This document shows, in pieces, positions 32,807-39,144 of a stretch of DNA of 39,144 bases. The DNA is taken from the NCBI GenBank assembly GCA_900088475.1, contig FLMG01004490.1, positions 1 to 39,144 on the forward strand, in the 5' to 3' direction. Position 1 is the first letter of the stretch. Each line of letters starts with the position of its first letter. A model generated the notes under the pieces. It was not told where the DNA came from, ran no database searches, and worked only from the letters and a program-made list of their open reading frames with translations. The position numbers and the translations under genes are program-made. The stretch is from Hyphochytrium catenoides (taxonomy: Eukaryota; Protista; Hyphochytriomycota).

Positions 32807-35800
32807 ATGCAAAAGCCGTCTCCATCTTCAACTTCATCATCATCATCATCAGAGCCGTCTGATGTCGTTGTTAATGTAGTTTGTCCGCCAATATTACCTG
32901 TTGTAGATAGCGGTTAGCGGTACCTTCATCCGATAGTTCCAGAGTGCAGTTGTTGGCTTGGCATCTGCATCTTCAGTCTTCAGGCCGCATCTTCAGGCAG
33001 CAGGTGGCGGCGTGGGCGGAGCAGAGACAGGAGAGGATGCGGCGGCGGTGGGTCCTGGCAGGGAGCAGAGGCCCAATAGGGACCCTGCGCTGCTAGAGGA
33101 GGAGAGACAAGGCTTCCAAGAGGACGTTACTACCAGCACTCCAAGGTAGCTCACAAAGGCACAGGCGTTAGGCAGCAGCGTGTGGCCTCAAGCAGAGGCT
33201 TCGCCGCGGCCTGACAGCCCGCCGCATCTGGTCCACTATCATCATCATTGAGATGGTTCTGCTCAGTATCTTTTAACTTATAGTGTTCGCTGCCTGACAC
33301 AAAGGGAAGAAGGACTTCCTTAGCTCTCCATCCAGTTGCTGACTCCCTCCTCCTCCTTTGCAAAAACGTTGGGCAGCGCCTCGTTCCTACTCTGTCTTTT
33401 CTTTCCCTCTCCTGCCTCCTGGACTACTTGTGCCGCCCTACCTACTCACTAGTGAGGACGATGGGAGGGCTACGACCTTTGGACGAAAGAAAGAAAGCGA
33501 AGACCTGCGCTGGCGGTCGTCGCCTAACGTATTTCTTGGAGGAGAAAGGCTCACAAGAAGGAGGAGCATCAAGTGGGAGGTTAACTCCTTCTTTGCCCCC
33601 AGCCAGCTTTCGAGTCCTCACAGACCGCTTCCTCCTGCCATAAATCAACTCTTTCCAGCGGCGACACAGAACCTTTACTGCGTGGCGGCCGCTGGACGGC
33701 AAGACTGCGATAAGCAATGGTCACTTCTCTCTCATTAAGGAGAAGCACCGCCTAGAAAGCGACGAACGGTTTGTTTTCACCTCTTCTGCAGCCAAAAGAG
33801 CAGTAGAGACGGGAAATGAAGAGCTTGTCAAGTGGCTGCATACGCACGCTCGACACTCTAGAGTGTGTTCTCTCACGATGCCAGCAGGGGAAGGACACCA
33901 GGAGCCCCGGTATAAGATCTCTTGGATGGTCGCTCTCTGCTGCAAGGATGTCAATGATCGTGAGATGACACGAGCCTTCGAGCACTGCTCTCTGGAGCTT
34001 GTCCAGTGGCTTTGTGCCAACGGCCACACCAATCCCTTAGCGGGCGATGAAGATCTAATGCAGGACCCGTCCACTCTCTACGTCATGCTGAGGTTCAAAG
34101 ATCTTGACGTTGCCAAATGGCTTGTTCAGGGAAATAAGACAGCTTTGGAAAGATTGAGCAACTGGGGGAGAGACTGTTCTAGGACGCTGCGTATTGAACA
34201 GCTAGGTCTCAAAGGCGTGAAGTGGTTCAGGCAGACTACTGGAGAGTACTGCCAACTTAGCGACAGCCAATTGCACTATCTCGTGACACACAAGTCCGAT
34301 GGTCCTGCTGCAGCTCGCTGGCTGCAGGGGCAGAAAGTCAGTCCGCACCGTCCTGCGTACGATGAAGCTTCCACTTAACGAATTTCCCTTGTGGTGCCTC
34401 CAGCAGACGGCATATAGCTCCATTGTTCGAGAGGAGTTGGGCATGGTTGTGGCCAACGCTATCGCCTACGGAGAGGTGACGCTCCTAGATTACCTGGCAG
34501 AACAGGTTTGTTGTTGGACACCGGATATTGCAGAGGTGGTGGAAGAAGCCATAGTACACGGTCAGTCCTCTGTTCTTGAATGGGCCTTGAATAGGACGCA
34601 AAGCGAGATCTCTAGCCTAGTGCCTCGTCCTCATCCTGGTCCTTCCTTGCAATGCTGCTCTAAGAAGCGAGCCTTTCTACGGTTACTGAACGACAGGGCA
34701 CCTGCTCTGTACTCGCACTACGTACCTGCGGCAGTGCGAGACAGCTTTGAATATACGGAGACGACTATTCGCATGTTAGCTGAGGCAATTGAAAATGGGC
34801 AAGCGGACGTCCTTCGGGGATTTACCCTATCCTGGAAGCGAGTCATGGAACCTCAGACGGTGCAGGAGGACCTGTCTCGTGCGGTAGGGGTAGCGATGGA
34901 GCGAGGAAACATAGAAAGTGTAGAGGTCCTCTTCAAGAAAGAGCCGTGGATCTCATGTCGTTCCTGGGCTCGTACGATGGTTCAATCTGCGGAGAAAGCC
35001 ATAACAAGTGGCCCAAAGCAGATGATTCACCTCTTGCAATCCTTCAAAAAGGGTAGGGACTGCCTCGAGCAAGTGTTGAGATCCGTCATTAGATCTACAA
35101 CGGCCGAGAGCTATAATCCCTTGCGGGCGGCTCTCTCCCTCGATCCTGATCTTCTCAGTCCAATTCTGGACTCTGGTGCTATGGAATCACTCTGTTTCTC
35201 TGGACAACTGTCCAAGCTACAGCTTGTTCTGTCGGCAAACTCAGTAATGCAGATACCTGTCACGCCCGACGCAGTTCTTATCGCAGATAAGCGAGGCGAT
35301 AAGCCGATGATGGAGCTACTCTTGGCTAACTGTCGCGCGTGGATCTTTCCCCCCCACGTTCGTGGGTCCTCCCAACCAAATACGCCTATCTTTCTCAGCT
35401 AGTACAAATGGGAGAGGGGAGCGGTATGGATGAGGATGAGGACGAGAGTTACGTGATGGGCTACCTTGGATATGAGCCGGACCTTGAAGACTTATATCCA
35501 GCGGTTGAGTGTGAACAAGTGGAGATGCTACAATTGTTCTACTGTTGGATTGGCAAAGATACTTTGCCAGTTCACCTACTGTCGCATGCCATAGAATCTC
35601 ACGCTTGGAAGTCAGCACAGTGGATTGCCGCTTCTTCTCCTACCACCTGCCACCAGTTCATTGCGATCTTCGTAGGCATCTTGCAAACCGCCCAGCTCTA
35701 CATCCAGGAATACGAAGAGGCTCTTGCTGGTGCCCTGGGCCCTGGGTGGCTAGAGGAAGTACAAGAGGTGATCAGAACCCGCGAGAATGTAGGATCCTCA

Positions 35801-36205
35801 GATTTTTTGCCTCAGTCGGCGGTAGGACCCTATGTTCGTCGTGTATCTGGTGAGAAAGATGAAAAAATGGCAGAGTTGTTGACTCTGGTGGATAGTATGA
35901 GCGGTTTGTCCGTCTACAGGCTTCCAGCCGATGATAAGGAGGAAGTAGAAGAGGAAAGATGTCACTGGGTCTGGGAAAATAGAAGTATCAAGTCTCACCC
36001 GCTGCCTTGCTCACCGCGCTGGAGAGGACCTACGAGGAGTGGAGTTGGCGCCAACAGAGGAGGGACCCTTGGCCGGAAGATCAGGACTAAAAATCGAAAG
36101 ACCATTCTCTTACTCCGTGATTGTTTGCTTTGTGAGATAGCAGTCCTAGTCGATAACCTCTTCGTATGGCAGCTGATCAAACAAAGGGAAATACACATTG
36201 GCTGA
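32807..36205 (+). CDS. Multi-exon ankyrin-repeat-like protein; 5' and 3' exon structure uncertain
   Basis: Degenerate ankyrin repeats TAISNGHFSLIK, AVETGNEELVKWLH, AIAYGEVTLLDYL, AIVHGQSSVLEW, AMERGNIESVEVL and ADKRGDKPMMELLL. ORF frame changes coincide with GT-AG intron candidates at about 33580-33658, 34337-34406 and 35362-35402. Confidence 0.6.
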
Positions 36206-37117
36206 TGCTCTGCATGCGGCTAAAAACCCGAAGAACGCCAGGGAATGAAGAGGAGACTCAAGAGAGAGGCAAGATTCGAGGCCGTAGCCGAGAGAGCTAG
36301 CATGAGATGCTATGGCCCCTGCACAAGCTACTTCTTGAGTCAGATCCTGCGGCGAGCCTCTCTTTATCCTCCTTCGGAGTTCTCGGCTTCAAAACCTCAC
36401 TGGACTTACCAGTGTGTGACTTTCCCTCTCCATCAGAGGCACGACTTAAGCTTCTCTGAACGTCAGCAGCTTAGCTCTTTTCGTTTGCGCATATGTTCCC
36501 AGCACGGTTCTCCCGTATGCAGCGCGGGAATCTAACTCACCATGTCCTACATCCAAGGCGTTCTCTCCATCTGCCCTACATGGCCTTCACCTATGACCGC
36601 GTTGCCGCCGATGAGTTGGGGCCTATGGGGCTTATGTTTCTCCGCGCGCCCGTACTTCCTCGTAGCTCTCGTACCGCACCCAGAGCGAGAGAGAAGGTGG
36701 CTTGCAACAGAGAGGTAAAAGCTGTGGTCGACCTGACAGTGCTAATCAGGGTCTTCATGGACCAGTATCGTAATGCTGGGCGGTGCTACTTAGCTTCACT
36801 ATAGGAAGTTCAGAGCGCTTTCAAGGGCAGAAGAGAAGACGAAGGTCGCCGAGAGAGAGGTAAGCAGGACCATAGAGTGGGAGAGAGAGAGAGGGGGGGG
36901 GGAGGGAGGAGAAGAGATTAGGGAGAAATGTTTCTACGTAATCCCGAACGTGTCTCTTCTTTGTCTCTCTTGAGGTACCAGCACGTTAAACTTTTAAGGA
37001 AAGAGGTTTATCGTTTTACTCTTTATCTCTAGCGGTCCGTGTATGTTAGTCCTAAAGCCACCCAGAGAAGCAAGCACATGATGCGAGATGAGAGGGCCGT
37101 CCGTCACCTTCCCACGC

Positions 37118-38884
37118 CTAGTCTCTCTTCTTTCGGTCGCGGGAGCTGGAGGTTGCTGCCCTGAGGGAAGAAGGGAACAGTAGAGGCAAGAAGCTGAGTA
37201 ATTTATGGCATTTTAAGGAAATAGTGCGGAAGGAGACCCTCCCCTCTCTCCCTCCTTGTCTGTTCTTCGACTCTTCGCTCTCACCTTCCCACTCCCTTTC
37301 TTGCTTGAAGTCTTCTCCTGCCTCTCACTTTGCACTCTGTACCACCGCCTACCTTGTTCTCTCCAAGGTCAGCCAAAGTGTCTTGATCTCTTCAACGAAG
37401 AGGAAGACCGTGGGAACGATGCACCTCCAAACATCTTTCTGGTGGTGTCTGTGCGGATCCGAGCACAGAGACAAGAATTAGGACCAAGATGTGGAGATAT
37501 GGGTTGAATGAACCGCACACAGAAGAGAGAGAGAGAGAAAGAGAAGAGAGAGAGAGAGAGAGCGAGCGAGAGAGAGAGAGAGAGACGAAGTAGGCACAGA
37601 CGCTGTAGGACAGCTAAGGCAGAGGCATACTGGAGAGAGGGAAAGTCCACTGGGAAGAGAGAAAGAGACTTCGCTAGGAAGAGGTACACTTTGGCACCCC
37701 CTATTTGACCTCTAAACATATTCTCCAGCTGCAACTCCTCCCATGAACCTGCTGCCTTGCTCACACGTCTCCTTTGAGGTGTCTCCCAGAGTCATTGCGG
37801 GCGCCGTCTAGGAGAGGGGGAGACGAGAACGTCCAGGGGCACTGGACACCAGTCCAGAACAGGGTGATCCAGCAAAGAGCCCGACGACAATGGGAGACAC
37901 CTCTAGGGAGACTGTCGAGCGGCAGAGGTGGGAGGAGAGCTGGAGACTATGTTCAAGAAGCCAAAAGGGATGTATCCAACGGTTCTTTGTCCCTTCTAGG
38001 GACCCGGGAGAGAGGACGACCTGAAGAAAGGCGAGAGAGAGGAAAGGACTAGTTTCTCTCCTGTGTCTTACCTTCTTGAAGATCATCCCGAGCAGTGTCA
38101 CCCTCCTCCCAGCACTCTTCTTCACCATACTCCTCCTCCTCTTCCGGCTCCTCCTCCTCATAGTCATCCCCGTCCTCGAATTCGCCTCGTGAGTCCTCTT
38201 CACGGCTGGCGCCCGTCTTCCAGGACCAGCCTGGGATGCAGCCGTCAGCGGCGCTCCCTAGAGCGCAGATAAACAGGTGAGAACTGTAGCTTCTCAGGAG
38301 CCCATGAGGCAGAAGGTAAGCAGAGAACAAAGGAAGAGAACGGAGAGGGGAGACAGAGAATCAATGACAGCAAGGCAAACACGTACCATTGTGGAGCCCA
38401 TCTCGAGTGTCACTCTCCTCCCAGCAGTCTTCGTCACCATACCCCGGCTCCTCATCCTCATAGTCATCCTCCTCCTCTAACTGCGACTCGCCTCTTGAGT
38501 CCTCTTCACGGCTGGCGTTCGTCTTCCAGGACCATATTGGGATGCCGCTGTCAGCGTCGCTCCCTAGAGCACACATCAGCCAGGTGGGGAATATAGCGTT
38601 TCAGGAGCTCATGAGGCAGAAGGCAAGCTGAGAAAGGAAGAGTCCGGATGAGCCGGGATGGAGACAGAGGGTCGATAATGGGATGGCAGGCAGGAGAAGA
38701 GAGGGAGAGAGAAAGGAAAGAGAGAGACCAGACAACGCCTTGGTCCATAACCGCTTACCCGTAAATACTCCTTCAAACCTCTCCTCCTGCTCCTCATCGT
38801 CGAGCTCTTCTTCAGAGCCATGCTCACTCCGCGTGCCTGAAAAGAAGCACTGATGATGATCTTCCTCATCCGCCTCACTGCTGT
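37118..38884 (-). CDS. Hypothetical acidic multi-exon protein with a duplicated exon; ends uncertain
   Basis: Successive phase-1 exons (DSSEADEED..., GSDADSGIPIWSWKT..., GSAADGCIPGWSWKT..., EGTKNRWIHPFW...) bounded by GT-AG and pyrimidine tracts. No family recognised. Confidence 0.45.
37521..37585. repeat. (GA)n microsatellite, probably intronic
   Basis: Interrupted GA run seen directly. Confidence 0.9.
38094..38642. repeat. Tandem duplication of an exon plus intron unit (38094-38338 and 38406-38642)
   Basis: Shared blocks such as TGAGTCCTCTTCACGGCTGGCG, CGTCTTCCAGGACCA, CGCTCCCTAGAGC and CATGAGGCAGAAGG, offset by about 310 bp. Confidence 0.9.
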
Positions 38885-39144
38885 CTGCTCGATGAAAGAG
38901 AAAGAAAGAGACAAAAGGAGCCAAAGTAAGAGACAGGTATCAAGAGTGAAAAGATCTGGAAAGGTCAACTCGGAACAGCGAGAGAGAAAGAGAGAGAGGA
39001 AATGCTGTCCCATTGACGGCCTCACGCTCTCATGTCAACAGTTTCTCATTGCGACTCCCCGTTCCACCCTTTCTTAGAGACAGGGCGCGGCGTTTTTTCC
39101 TTAAGAAATAGATGGAAACGCTGCCGCGTCACCGAGCGTGGCGG

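Overview
Eukaryotic genomic DNA with compact genes, mostly 60-320 nt GT-AG introns, CT/GA microsatellites and three N gaps. It is probably a unicellular eukaryote; the FATP, RRP1B-like and HMGB proteins look opisthokont/holozoan-like, but that is inference only. Positions 1-4800 are a decayed transposon nest: a Copia 3' LTR, a broken KRBA2/Ginger-like integrase interrupted by a solo LTR with a 5-bp TSD, a degenerate minisatellite and a Copia RT/RNase H fragment. Positions 5700-25700 hold housekeeping genes: tail-anchored J-protein, F-box/LRR protein, HMGB, FATP, GCP5, RRP1/Nop52 (with a candidate intronic H/ACA snoRNA), plus an uncharacterised ARM + multi-TM protein that is probably mitochondrial. 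The highlight is a 4-exon minus-strand gene (30734-26513, 1260 codons) that the ORF track splits into five pieces. Spliced, it reads signal peptide - PstS phosphate-binding domain (ligand residues intact) - degenerate second PstS domain - Cys linker - class-C-like 7TM - RGS domain. This suggests a candidate phosphate-sensing receptor-GAP. It carries one in-frame TAG, at a position that is Trp in the first domain. An ankyrin-repeat gene and an acidic protein gene with a tandem exon duplication end the window. All gene models were spliced by eye.
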